A DNA stretch of 64,000 nucleotides from contig CAWCBM010000004.1 in NCBI GenBank assembly GCA_963793775.1, positions 106,399-170,398 on the forward strand, read 5' to 3'. The number at the start of each line of letters is the position of its first letter. Position 1 is the first letter of the stretch. Shown one piece after another: positions 26,827 to 35,421 of this stretch. Made by a program: the position numbers and the translations under genes. The DNA comes from an uncultured Solirubrobacterales bacterium. Its GTDB lineage: Bacteria > Actinomycetota > Thermoleophilia > Solirubrobacterales > 70-9. The notes under the pieces are model-generated. The model did not search any database and was not told where the DNA came from. It was given only the letters and a program-made list of their open reading frames with translations.

Positions 26827-27461
26827 TGCTCGGCGGCCGATTCTAGAGCGGGGGCCTCGACGCCGAGCACGCCGGCGACGGCGCGGACCGCGAGCGTTTC
26901 GTCGTGCGGCTCGCGACCGGCCAATGCGATCACCGTGCCCTCGAGGGCTCCGACGAACGCCTGCGCGGTCGCGCGGGCGGGCGGGCCCGGTGGAATGGAT
27001 CCCTCTCGGCGGCCCGCGTTGATCAGGCGGGTGCAGCGCCTGATCAGGCCCTCCGAGACCCGTTCGACCTCGCGCCCGACGGGGTGATCGCGGCCGCTGA
27101 ACTCGAGCCTCAACGCCATCGCGACGCGGGCGACGTCCCGCCGGCAGAGGATGGCGTGACCCCGCGCGAGCGCCATCAGCGCTGCGACCGGGCCGGGCTC
27201 GTCCCGCGCCGGGTCGCCGACCTCCTGCCGCCAGGTCTCATCGGCCCACCTGACGACCGCGAGGGCGAGATCCTCCTTGTCGCGGAACTGGTGATAGAGC
27301 GCGCCTCGCGTATAGCCGGCGTCGCGCGCGACGTCCTCGAGCACCAGGCTGCCGTAGCCGTAGCGCGAGAGGTGTCGGGCGGCGGACTCCAGCAGCGCGC
27401 TTCGGGTGCGGGCCCGTCGCTCCGGCTGGGTGATGCGCTCGCCCTTGCTATCTACATGCAT
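26817..27461 (-). CDS. TetR family transcriptional regulator
   Basis: 214-aa ORF with the HTH RTRSALLESAARHLSRYGYGSLVLEDVARDAGYTRGALYHQFRDKEDL. Its last 3 codons and stop overlap the 5' end of tRNA-Val on the same strand. Confidence 0.85.
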   Translation of the reverse strand: MHVDSKGERITQPERRARTRSALLESAARHLSRYGYGSLVLEDVARDAGYTRGALYHQFRDKEDLALAVVRWADETWRQEVGDPARDEPGPVAALMALARGHAILCRRDVARVAMALRLEFSGRDHPVGREVERVSEGLIRRCTRLINAGRREGSIPPGPPARATAQAFVGALEGTVIALAGREPHDETLAVRAVAGVLGVEAPALESAAEQGA

Positions 27462-27470
27462 ACATGTATG
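27459..27470. promoter_or_regulatory. Perfect 12-bp palindrome in an AT-rich patch, candidate TetR operator / divergent promoter core
   Basis: CATACATGTATG is read directly within CTACATGCATACATGTATGTATATTACG. It overlaps the TetR start codon (27461) and lies 35 nt upstream of the divergent DUF2867 gene. Confidence 0.4.
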
Positions 27471-27504
27471 TATATTACGTTGCCGGCGGAAATCCGTCTA
27501 TCTC

Positions 27505-28095
27505 GTGTCCAAGCTCCCGAGCACAGCCCACACCTCCCAGCCCTGGCGCATCCACGAGCTCACCCGCGACTTCAGGCTCGAGGACGTCTGGGAGCTGCCG
27601 GGCCGCGGCGGATCAGACGACTTCCCGCGGCTCGTCGAGATGATCGCCGCGCAGGATCCGGCGAAGAGCTCATCCGTGGTCGTCCGGGCGCTGTTTGCGA
27701 TCCGCTGGAAGCTCGGCGACCTGCTCGGCTGGGACGACCCGGACGCCGGAGTCGGGACCAGGGTCGCGACGCTTCGCGACCGCCTGCCGGCGGATCTGCG
27801 CGACGGTGACCCCGGCCCGAGCTTCGACGCCCTTCCGTTCGACTCGCTGTACCTGACCGAGGACGAGTGGGCCGCCGAGGTCGCCAACCGGACCATGCAC
27901 GGCGTGATGCACATCTCCCGCGTCCCGGACGGGGCCGGCGGCTTTCGCGCACAGATGGCGGTCTTGGTGAAGCCGAACGGTCTACTCGGAAACGCCTACA
28001 TGCTCGCGATCAGGCCGTTCCGGCACCTCGTGGTCTATCCGCCGATGCTGCGGGAGGGAGCGGCGCGGTGGCAGGCGGTCGCCGGCTCGCTCTGA
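27505..28095 (+). CDS. DUF2867-like domain protein
   Basis: GTG (27505) inside ORF 27406..28095: VSKLPSTAHTSQPWRIHELTRDFRLEDVWELPG...RALFAIRWKLGDLLGWDD.... The start choice is uncertain. The family call is from memory of the LEDVW..P / RW.LG pattern. Confidence 0.6.
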   Translation: MSKLPSTAHTSQPWRIHELTRDFRLEDVWELPGRGGSDDFPRLVEMIAAQDPAKSSSVVVRALFAIRWKLGDLLGWDDPDAGVGTRVATLRDRLPADLRDGDPGPSFDALPFDSLYLTEDEWAAEVANRTMHGVMHISRVPDGAGGFRAQMAVLVKPNGLLGNAYMLAIRPFRHLVVYPPMLREGAARWQAVAGSL

Positions 28096-28168
28096 GCCAG
28101 AGGGAGAACACTTGCCGCGCCGAGGGCGGCGGGATAGGGTCACTCTGCACGGACAGGAGGTCCAAGCA

Positions 28169-29224
28169 ATGCGTGCTCGCTCCCGGACCATCGCCGGCCT
28201 GGCACTCGCCGGGGCCCTGGCGTCGCTCGCCTGCGCGCTTCCGCTTTCCGCCGCCTCCGCGAAGACGGTGATCGTCTTCTCGCGCTTCGACGAGGACTTC
28301 GCCAGGCAGCGACTCGTGGCGGCGCAACCCGATGGAAGCCACCTGCGACAGCTCACGCACCCGGCGAAGAAGGACACGCTCGACATCGACGCCCAGATCT
28401 CGCCCGACGGCACCCAGGTCGTGTTCGAGCGCGACCTCAAACGTGGCAAGACGATCCAGATCGTGCTCATCGGAGCCGACGGCGAGAACGAGCGGGTTCT
28501 CGACCTCGGCTGCATTGAGCCGTGCGCGCTCGACACGGCGCCGACCTGGACCCCGGCCGCGGGCCGGATCGCCTATACCCCGGTCATCGGCCCGTTCGAC
28601 GGGCCCGACGGCGCGGCGCGCTCGGCCGTGTTCCAGACCTCGGCGCTGGACGGCTCGGGCGCCCTGCGCCTCTCCGAGCCGGGCATCGACGGTGTCTACG
28701 AGGACTACTACGCCCGCTTCTCGCCGGACGGCAGCTACGTCGTCTTCACCCGGGTCCGGAATAAGCCCTTCAACAGCGCGGTGTTCCGCATGGACTCCGA
28801 CGGCACCGACGTGCGCCAGCTCACGCCGTGGAAGATCGACGCCGATCTCGCCGACCTCTCACCCGCGACCAGCGGCCCGACCCAGGATCTGGTCGCGTTC
28901 GAAACCTACGGCCATGACGACACCCGCCCGGAGGGCAAGACGTCGAACGTCGCCACGGTGCCGACGACGTGCGCCTCGGTCAGCGATTGCCGCAAGCAGA
29001 TTCGCTACCTCACCGACCTCAAACATCCCCCAGGGGCGCGCTTCAACCCAACCTGGTCGCCGAACGGAAAGCGGATCGCCTACGTGAAGTTCAGGGGCGA
29101 AACCAAGAACCACGAGTGCTGCGTGGGCGACATCTTCACCATGGACCCCGACGGTGGCCACCGGCGCGCAGTCTCGGAGTCACCGCTGTTCGAGTTCAGG
29201 CCGGACTGGGGGCCGGTGCCCTGA
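28169..29224 (+). CDS. Secreted TolB-like PD40 beta-propeller repeat protein
   Basis: Internal ATG of ORF 28112..29224, preceded by AGGAGG. It has the signal peptide MRARSRTIAGLALAGALASLACALPLSAASA and repeated ...SPDG..VVF.R / WSPNGKRIAYV motifs. Confidence 0.8.
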   Translation: MRARSRTIAGLALAGALASLACALPLSAASAKTVIVFSRFDEDFARQRLVAAQPDGSHLRQLTHPAKKDTLDIDAQISPDGTQVVFERDLKRGKTIQIVLIGADGENERVLDLGCIEPCALDTAPTWTPAAGRIAYTPVIGPFDGPDGAARSAVFQTSALDGSGALRLSEPGIDGVYEDYYARFSPDGSYVVFTRVRNKPFNSAVFRMDSDGTDVRQLTPWKIDADLADLSPATSGPTQDLVAFETYGHDDTRPEGKTSNVATVPTTCASVSDCRKQIRYLTDLKHPPGARFNPTWSPNGKRIAYVKFRGETKNHECCVGDIFTMDPDGGHRRAVSESPLFEFRPDWGPVP

Positions 29225-29234
29225 TCCCGGACCC

Positions 29235-30464
29235 TCAGGGTGCCTCGAGCCGCCAGAGGTCGTCGCGGATGATCGGCACCTCGGCGCCGTCGGCGGTGAT
29301 CCCGGTGACCTCGACCTCGGGGCCGCCGAGCATGACGTCGGTGTGCACGCGCGAGACGTTGATGCCGGCCTCGAGCTGCTCCTCGACCGACATCGACTCG
29401 TGGTCGTCGACGCTGAACGCGAACCCGGCGCCGTAGGCGACGTGGCAGGTCGCGTTTTCGTCGAACAGGGTGTCCATGAAGGTGAGCCCGGTGCGGCCGA
29501 CGGCCGAGCTCGAGTCGACCAGCGCCACCTCGCCCAGGTAGGGCGCCTGCTCGTCGATCGCCATCTCCGCCCGGACGACGTCGGCACCGGTTGACGCCTC
29601 GACCTCCACCGCCTTGCCCCGCTCGAAGCGGATCCGCAGGTCGCGGACAAGGACGCCCTGGCTTGGAAGCTGCAGCGGGCGGGTCGAGCGGAACTCCCCC
29701 TCGGTCCGCCGCCAGTCGGGGGTCGTGAAGACCTCTTCGGTCGGCAGGTTGGGAACGTGCTTTCGCCCCCAGGCGGTGGCGAAGTCGGCGCTCTCCCAGA
29801 TCCCGCCCTCGATCAGCCCGACCGTGAGGTCGGTGTCCGGCCCGCGGAAGCGGATCGCGTCGAAGCCCCAGGCGTTCAACCGCTCGGCGCGTTCGCCGAG
29901 CTCGGCCACTCGCGCCCACCAGGCGCCCACCGGGTCGGGCTCGTCCAACCGGGTGGCGCGGGCGACGTGCTCCCAGAGCCGGTCGAGGTCGGGCTCGCCG
30001 AAGGCCGCCTCGGCCCAGCCCTCGGTGGGCTGGGCGACGATGCACCAGGCGACACTGCGCTCGCCGACGATCTCGCGCCATTTGTCGGCCGCCTCGAGCG
30101 GGCGCGCGCCGCCGACTCGCTCCGGGTCGAGGTCGGAGAACAGGTCGGGGTCTGGGTTGCCGGTGATCCTGATCGCGGCCCCGCGGTTGGCGGCCAGGTG
30201 GTCGAGGCGCGCCAGGTCGTAGGGCGGGGTCCAGGTCAGGGCCTCCTCGGGTGCGTGCTCGAGCATCGCGTGGCGGACGTGGTCGTCGAGGTAGGAGACG
30301 CTGACGTAGCGGGCCCCCGCCTCGTAGGCGCGGCGGGCGATCTCGCGGATCATCGGCGCGTGCTCGACCGCTCCGGCGATGTGAAGTTCCTGTCCCGGCT
30401 CGATGTTGACGCCGACCTGCACCGCCAGATCCGCGTATCGGCTCAGCAACTCCGGGCGTTCCAC
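29235..30464 (-). CDS. Aminopeptidase, M29 family (AmpS/PepS/aminopeptidase T-like)
   Basis: 409-aa ORF: [23 protein letters not shown]...EEVFTTP...[13 protein letters not shown]...VHTDVMLG. Confidence 0.9.
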   Translation of the reverse strand: MERPELLSRYADLAVQVGVNIEPGQELHIAGAVEHAPMIREIARRAYEAGARYVSVSYLDDHVRHAMLEHAPEEALTWTPPYDLARLDHLAANRGAAIRITGNPDPDLFSDLDPERVGGARPLEAADKWREIVGERSVAWCIVAQPTEGWAEAAFGEPDLDRLWEHVARATRLDEPDPVGAWWARVAELGERAERLNAWGFDAIRFRGPDTDLTVGLIEGGIWESADFATAWGRKHVPNLPTEEVFTTPDWRRTEGEFRSTRPLQLPSQGVLVRDLRIRFERGKAVEVEASTGADVVRAEMAIDEQAPYLGEVALVDSSSAVGRTGLTFMDTLFDENATCHVAYGAGFAFSVDDHESMSVEEQLEAGINVSRVHTDVMLGGPEVEVTGITADGAEVPIIRDDLWRLEAP

Positions 30465-30498
30465 TCGCCGGAAGATATTGGCCCAGGGGGCCGCGGGG

Positions 30499-31257
30499 CT
30501 AACCGCTCTCGGGCACTACGGGCGCCAGGTCGAGCCGCGCGGCGACGCCGCCGCTCGACGAACCGCCGCCGGCGTTGGCGCCGCCGGTCGGCCCGTGGTC
30601 GTTGCGATCGTCGCGCTGGCCGTCCCCGTGGTGTCGCTTGCCGCCGTTCTTGCCGCCCCCGCCGGAGCCCTCCTCGACCATCGCGCTGCCCGAGGGCGGG
30701 GGCGGGGGGGTCGTGGTCGGCGGCGCCGAGGTCGGGCAGCGCAGCGTGTAGACGGTGCGGACCGGGAAACCCGGGCCCTTGGTCGACTCGGAGTGGCTCC
30801 ACGAGAGGTGGAGGTGGTGGCGTGGCCCGTGGCCCGAGTCGCCGGTGTAGCCGACCCAGCGGAACGGGAACCGGGGGCGGTCCCGCCTCGGCTCGGCCCA
30901 GCGGGCGAGCGCCGTGATCTGCGCCCAGGTGCCGCCCAGCTCGGTGTCGGGAACGATGTCGAGCGCCAGGCCGAGTGGGTGCTCGCCGTTGGAGGCGTGG
31001 ACCGGGTCGAGCGAGTAGCCGTCAGTGATGAAGAGCGGATAGCGGCGCTTGAGCCAGGCGATGTCGGCGAGCAGCCGGCGGTCGATGCGCTCACCGGGAA
31101 AGCCGGGGATCGGCACGAACCTGCCGCCGCCCGTGGTCTCGCAGGTCCCGTCGGCCAGCTTGGTGCTGTGCATCGCGGCGCCCGCCGGAGCCGAGCCGGC
31201 CATGAGCATCGCCAGGGCGGCGGCGAGCAGGATTGTCAGCCTGCGCGTAGAACCCAT
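30499..31257 (-). CDS. Secreted M15-like (VanY/D-Ala-D-Ala carboxypeptidase fold) zinc peptidase with a Pro/Gly-rich tail
   Basis: Internal ATG (31257) of ORF 30499..31371. The signal peptide [27 protein letters not shown] is followed by [13 protein letters not shown] (SxHxxGxAxD-like) and HHLHLSW. The C-terminus is [12 protein letters not shown]...GGGG-rich. Confidence 0.6.
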   Translation of the reverse strand: MGSTRRLTILLAAALAMLMAGSAPAGAAMHSTKLADGTCETTGGGRFVPIPGFPGERIDRRLLADIAWLKRRYPLFITDGYSLDPVHASNGEHPLGLALDIVPDTELGGTWAQITALARWAEPRRDRPRFPFRWVGYTGDSGHGPRHHLHLSWSHSESTKGPGFPVRTVYTLRCPTSAPPTTTPPPPPSGSAMVEEGSGGGGKNGGKRHHGDGQRDDRNDHGPTGGANAGGGSSSGGVAARLDLAPVVPESG

Positions 31258-31394
31258 CCCGTTCCCCCCACCCGACCGGGGTGAGGCCTCGACCTTACGC
31301 ACCCGCCCGCGACCGCGCCGGGTGAGGACGTGCAGGTTATGGCGGCCGGCCATTGGGTTCGTGATCGGCATCTGCGGCCGAGTCCTGAACGGCG

Positions 31395-31680
31395 GTAGGA
31401 TTCGTGCCGACCGTGCTAGGCGGGGAATTAGCGGTGCCCTGAACCCGCAATCCGCTCTAGCGGGGCCGAAAGCTCGTCTGAGGTGATGGCCTTCGGGGCC
31501 AGTACGCCGCGGGCGGTGTTGACGGTCAGGTCCCGCGCAATGCGCGTCCGCGAACCAGGTCAGATCCGGAAGGAAGCAGCCTTAAGCGGTGCCGGGCAAG
31601 TGCCGCGGATTCGCCTGACCCGAGCCAGCCACGGCGGGCACGCCCGGAGACCCCTATCGAGGACGAGCCCGCACGGTCAT
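31395..31680 (+). ncRNA. ffs: Signal recognition particle RNA, long (Alu-domain-containing, Bacillus-type) form
   Basis: The domain IV core AACCAGGTCAGATCCGGAAGGAAGCAGCC is at 31553..31581, with GGTGCCGGG on the 3' side. An Alu-domain-like block GGCGGGGAATTAGCGGTGCCCTGAACCCGCAATCCGCTCUAGCGGGGCCGAAAG is at 31419..31472. It closely matches my memory of the B. subtilis scRNA (GCGGGGAGGUAGCGGUGCCCUGUACCUGCAAUCCGCUCUAGCAGGGCCGAA). The closing helix is GACCGTGC (31409..31416) with GCACGGTC (31671..31678). The ends are approximate (+/-15 nt). Confidence 0.85.
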
Positions 31681-31697
31681 TCTTTCCTTCAGGCGCC

Positions 31698-32048
31698 TCA
31701 GCGCAGGTTCTTGAAGGGCGAGACGTCGTAGCCGCACTTGCCCTTCGCGTCCACCTTGGCGAAGTACCGGGTGCCCGTCTTCAGGTCGCGGTTGACCTTC
31801 CAGTCGCCGCCCGAGTCGCTGTTGGTGATCGCGATCTTCTGGGCGCTCAACCCGCTCCAGGTGAACAGCGACACCTTGCGCTGCTTGAGGCACGAGTTCT
31901 CGCTCGATTCAAGCGTTCCCTTGGCGCCGGTCGTCTTCAGGCTCTTGATCTCGATCCGGGTCTTGATCTTCTTGCCGGCGGTGGCGGGGGACGGCGCCCC
32001 CGCCGCGACCAGGACGGCCAGCGCGGCGATCAGCGCGGCGGGCCTCAC
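31698..32048 (-). CDS. Small secreted protein, paralogue B (beta-sandwich-like, two Cys)
   Basis: C-terminal 116 codons of track ORF 31698..32786, taken from the GTG at 32048. VRPAALIAALAVLVAAGAPSPATAG (signal) is followed by KKIKTRIEIKSLKTTGAKGTLESSENSCLKQRKVSLFTWSG...GDWKVNRDLKTGTRYFAKVDAKGKCGYD.... A GTGA overlap links it to the upstream paralogue. Confidence 0.6.
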   Translation of the reverse strand: MRPAALIAALAVLVAAGAPSPATAGKKIKTRIEIKSLKTTGAKGTLESSENSCLKQRKVSLFTWSGLSAQKIAITNSDSGGDWKVNRDLKTGTRYFAKVDAKGKCGYDVSPFKNLR

Positions 32049-32413
32049 AGCCGCTTGTCCTTCGACGAGGCGCCCGCGCAGGTGAGCTTGCCGGCGGTCT
32101 TCTCCTTCACGGTCGCGAAGTAGATCCCGCGATTGGTGAGCGACTTGTCGACCGACCAGGCGCCCTTGCCGTCGGTCTTCGTCTTGCCGATGGTGACGTC
32201 GCCGTACTCGCCGACGAACTTCAGCGCCACCTTGCGGCCCTTGCGGCACTTCTTCTCCTTCGACTTCACCGTGCCGGCGCCGCCGCTGGCGCTCAGCTTC
32301 GTGATCTTGACCTTCGACTTCACGGGCTTCTCGTCCTGCGCCCCCGCGGTGGCGAGCGGCAGGGCGCCGATCGCGAGCGCCGCGATCACCGCGGCAAATC
32401 TGTTCCTTCGCAT
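32045..32413 (-). CDS. Small secreted protein, paralogue A
   Basis: 122-aa ORF. MRRNRFAAVIAALAIGALPLATAGA (signal) is followed by VKSKVKITKLSASGGAGTVKSKEKKCRKGRKVALKFVG...GKGAWSVDKSLTNRGIYFATVKEKTAGKLTCAG.... Confidence 0.65.
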   Translation of the reverse strand: MRRNRFAAVIAALAIGALPLATAGAQDEKPVKSKVKITKLSASGGAGTVKSKEKKCRKGRKVALKFVGEYGDVTIGKTKTDGKGAWSVDKSLTNRGIYFATVKEKTAGKLTCAGASSKDKRL

Positions 32414-32678
32414 GGTCTGGCTCTCCTTTGCTCGGCCCGGGGTTCGATTCGGTGAACCAGGCGTTTACCCATCTGGCGCCGGTCGATGCATCTGTTGGAT
32501 GCGCTCGGGCTGTGCCTGCGCGAGCCGCTCGTAGAGGTCGTCGACCTTCGCTCGAGTGCGGCGATTCGGCGGCCGTGATCCAGGAAGTTCTCGCTGGTCC
32601 CCACCGCCGGAGAGTCTGGCAGAGACGCGATCGGAGGCGCCAGGTGCCAGCGCTAGACTCGCCTCGGTGACTGGCGAG

Positions 32679-34371
32679 ATGTCGCTCTACCGCCGCCACC
32701 GCCCCCAGACCTTCGATCAGGTCGTCGGTCAGGAGCACGTGGTGCGCACGCTTCGCAACGCGGTCGAGCGAGACCGGGTCCACCACGCCTACCTGTTCGT
32801 CGGCTCGCGGGGGACCGGCAAGACCTCGCTGGCGAAGATCCTCGCCCGGTCGCTGAACTGCGTCAACGGCCCCACGGTCACCCCGTGCGGGGAGTGCGAG
32901 TCATGCCTGGCGATCGGCGCCGGCACCTCGCTGGACGTGCTCGAGATGGACGCCGCCTCGAACCGGTCCGTCGACGACATCCGCGAGCTCCGCGAGCGCG
33001 TGGGCTATGCGCCCGCCGCCGGACGGTGGAAGGTCTACATCCTCGACGAGGCCCACATGCTCACCCGCGAGGCCTGGAACGCGTTCTTGAAGACGCTCGA
33101 GGAGCCGCCGCCGAATACCGCCTTCATCCTCGCCACCACCGAGCCGCACAAGGTGATGCCGACGATCGTCGACCGGTGCCAGCGATTCGACTTCCAGCGC
33201 CCTTCGCTCGAGCAGCTCGCCGAGGTCCTGCGGCGGGTCTCCGAGGCCGAGGGGATCGAGGTCTCCGACGGCGCGGTGGGCGCGATCGCGCGGGCCGCGG
33301 GCGGTAGCTTTCGGGACGCTCTCGGGACGCTCGACCAGCTCGTCTCCTATGGCGACAAGCAGCTCGAGACCGACGATGTGCTCGCCGTTCTCGGAGTCGC
33401 GGACGCCGAGCTGATCCTCGCCGCCGCCGACGCGATCGCCGCCGGCGACGGCCGCGCCGCGCTCGCGGCGAGCGACAGGCTCGCGCGGTCCGGCCACGAC
33501 GTCAGCCAGTTCGCCCGCGACCTGCTCGCCCACCTGCGCCAGTTGATCGTCATCCGCACGGTCGGCGAGGCGCCCGACTCGTTCACGGTTACCGCAGCGG
33601 ACTCCGAGCGACTGCGCGCCCAGGCCGAGTCGATGTCCGATCTCACCCTCGGCCGCTCGGTCGACACGCTCTCCAAAGCTCTGGCCGACATCCGGGAAGG
33701 TGACGAGCCTCGCATGACCGTCGAGCTTGCCCTGCTCCGCTGCGCGCGACCGCAGCTGGACCCATCCCGCGAGGCCCTGGCTGAGCGAGTCGAACGGCTC
33801 GACGGCAGGCTGTTGGGTCGGGGCCGGGGGATGCCGGATGAGGACATCCAGGCGACGGCCCACCACGCTCGGCGGCTGCCGCCGAGACGCCGAGCCGGAG
33901 CTCGGGTCCGATCCGGCATCCACCGAGCCCGTCCCTCCGCCCGAGGAAGAAGACAACGGAACTTCGCCCGTAGCCGAGCTGGTGGACTTGGAGAAGTTGG
34001 CGGGTTTGTGGCCGGCGGTGATCGACCAGGTGCGCCAGGGTGGGGCGGAGCTGCTCTCGCACGTGCTCGCCGCAGCGCGGCCGGTGGCCGTCGATGCCGC
34101 GGAGGCGACCGTCGAGGTCGGGTTCCCGCCATCGGCGGCCTTCAACAAGCGCAAGGCGGAGGGAAACGAGGCCCGCGACACGGTCGCCGACGCCGTGATG
34201 ACGGTCGTCGGCGAGCGGCTGCGGCCTGTGTTCGTGCTCCTCGAGTCGGACGAAGAGGGCGGGGGCGAGCGCAAGCTGAGCGAAGAGGAGCTGATCGAGT
34301 TGATGCGCAGCGAGTTCGACGCCGAGGACGTCGAGCCGGAAGCCGACGAACCAGAGGCGAAGGAGGCCTAG
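32679..34371 (+). CDS. dnaX: DNA polymerase III subunit tau/gamma, with a 1-nt frame break near 33885 in the linker
   Basis: The ATG at 32679 gives MSLYRRHRPQTFDQVVGQEHVVRTLRNAVE...FVGSRGTGKTSLAKILA...CGECESC...ILDEAHML in the frame of ORF 32556..34718 up to about ...ATAHHARRLPP. The tau C-terminus (AEPELGSDPASTEPVPPPEEEDNGTSPVAELVDLEKLAGLWPAVIDQVRQGG...FVLLESDEEGG...) is in ORF 33727..34371. GC3 switches frame at GCCGAGACGC (33881-33890). Confidence 0.85.
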
Positions 34372-34373
34372 CG

Positions 34374-34718
34374 ATGGCGCGACCGAAAGGGGGCCCCGGG
34401 GGGCTCGACCTGAACGCGATGATGAAGCAGGTCCAGCAGATGCAGGCCGAGATGACCGACGCCCAGGAAAAGCTCAAGGACGAGGTCGTCGAGGCGTCGG
34501 CCGGCGGCGGCATGGTGAAGGCGAAGATGAGCGGCGACCTGCGCCTGCTCGAGCTCTCGATCGACCCGGAGGCGATCGACCCCGACGATCCCGACCTGCT
34601 TGCCGACATGATCCTGGCCGCCGTCAACGAGGTGATCCGCTCGGCCCAGGAGCTCGCCGCCAGCAAGATGGGCGGCGTCACCGGCGGCCTCGGGGGGCTC
34701 GGGCTTCCCGGGCTCTAG
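34374..34718 (+). CDS. ybaB: YbaB/EbfC family nucleoid-associated protein
   Basis: MARPKGGPGGLDLNAMMKQVQQMQAEMTDAQEKLKDEVVEASAGGGMVKAKMSGDLRLLELSIDPEAIDPDDPDLLADMILAAVNEV...; 114 aa. The ATG follows the dnaX stop by 2 nt and an AGGAGG lies upstream. It appears in the track only as the tail of the 720-aa run-on ORF. Confidence 0.92.
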   Translation: MARPKGGPGGLDLNAMMKQVQQMQAEMTDAQEKLKDEVVEASAGGGMVKAKMSGDLRLLELSIDPEAIDPDDPDLLADMILAAVNEVIRSAQELAASKMGGVTGGLGGLGLPGL

Positions 34719-34749
34719 CAACGCCGCACGCACCGCTAGCTTCACGCCG

Positions 34750-35343
34750 ATGTATCCGCAGCCGATCAACCGGCTCGTCGCCGAGTTCGCCAAGCTGCCC
34801 GGCATCGGCCAGCGCACGGCGCAGCGCCTCGCGTTTCACGTCCTGCGCTCCGATGACGACGAGGCCGCGGCCCTCGCCGACGCCGTCCGCGAGGTCAAGG
34901 AGAAGGTCGGGCTATGCGAGGTCTGCTTCAACCTTGCCGAGGGCCCGCGTTGTGAGATCTGCGCAGACCAGCGCCGCGACCGGACCGTGATCTGCGTCGT
35001 CGAGCAGCCCGCCGACGTGATTCCCATCGAGCGCACCCACGAGTACCGCGGCCTCTACCACGTCCTCGGCGGCGCGCTCTCGCCGATCGACGGCATCGAC
35101 CCCGACGACCTGAAGATCGAGGAGCTCGTGTCCCGCGTGACGGACGGAGAGATCGCCGAGGTCGTGCTCGCCACCAACCCGACCACGACGGGCGAGGCGA
35201 CGGCGCACCACCTCGCCGACCGCCTCCGCGGTCAGGCGTCGATAACCCGGCTGGCGAGCGGCCTGCCGGTCGGCGCCGATCTCGAGCACGCTGACGAGGT
35301 CACCCTAGGCCGCGCGCTCGCCGGACGGCAGTCGGTCGGCTAG
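34750..35343 (+). CDS. recR: Recombination protein RecR
   Basis: 197-aa ORF: LPGIGQRTAQRLAFHVL, zinc finger CEVCFNLAEGPRCEIC, Toprim ICVVEQPADVIPIE...ATNPTTTGEATA. Confidence 0.95.
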   Translation: MYPQPINRLVAEFAKLPGIGQRTAQRLAFHVLRSDDDEAAALADAVREVKEKVGLCEVCFNLAEGPRCEICADQRRDRTVICVVEQPADVIPIERTHEYRGLYHVLGGALSPIDGIDPDDLKIEELVSRVTDGEIAEVVLATNPTTTGEATAHHLADRLRGQASITRLASGLPVGADLEHADEVTLGRALAGRQSVG

Positions 35344-35364
35344 CTGGTACGGCTGACCCCCGAG

Positions 35365-35387
35365 TTTCTGTCGCATACCGACAGAAA
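35365..35387. terminator. Perfect 9-bp hairpin between convergent recR and a lipoprotein gene (bidirectional terminator candidate)
   Basis: TTTCTGTCG-catac-CGACAGAAA read directly, 22 nt after the recR stop. Confidence 0.5.
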
Positions 35388-35421
35388 GTCCAGGGTGCGG
35401 CGGCCGAGGCGGTCGAACGAA

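Noticed and set aside
32460-32560. Short coding-like stretch on the minus strand (…KVDDLYERLAQAQPERIQQMHRPAPDG*) upstream of dnaX
   Set aside because: Only about 30 codons have coding-like GC3, there is no start codon, and the upstream part loses the bias. It may be a gene-fragment scar, but it is too short to call.
31698-32786. 362-aa minus-strand ORF as a single gene
   Set aside because: Only the last 116 codons look like a protein (signal peptide plus a paralogue of the adjacent gene). The upstream part overlaps the other paralogue and the dnaX start region out of frame and is Arg-rich.
33860-33900. Programmed ribosomal frameshift or transcriptional slippage in dnaX
   Set aside because: I see no slippery heptamer or homopolymer run and no obvious downstream stimulatory hairpin. 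The direction is also opposite to known dnaX recoding, where the shift makes the short form. I kept it only as a low-probability alternative under the dnaX finding.
32556-34718. 720-aa DnaX-YbaB fusion protein
   Set aside because: The middle ~270 aa are Arg/Gly junk. The genuine tau C-terminus is in frame +1, and YbaB has its own Shine-Dalgarno and ATG at 34374. The ORF is a run-on caused by the frame break and the lack of stops in GC-rich DNA.
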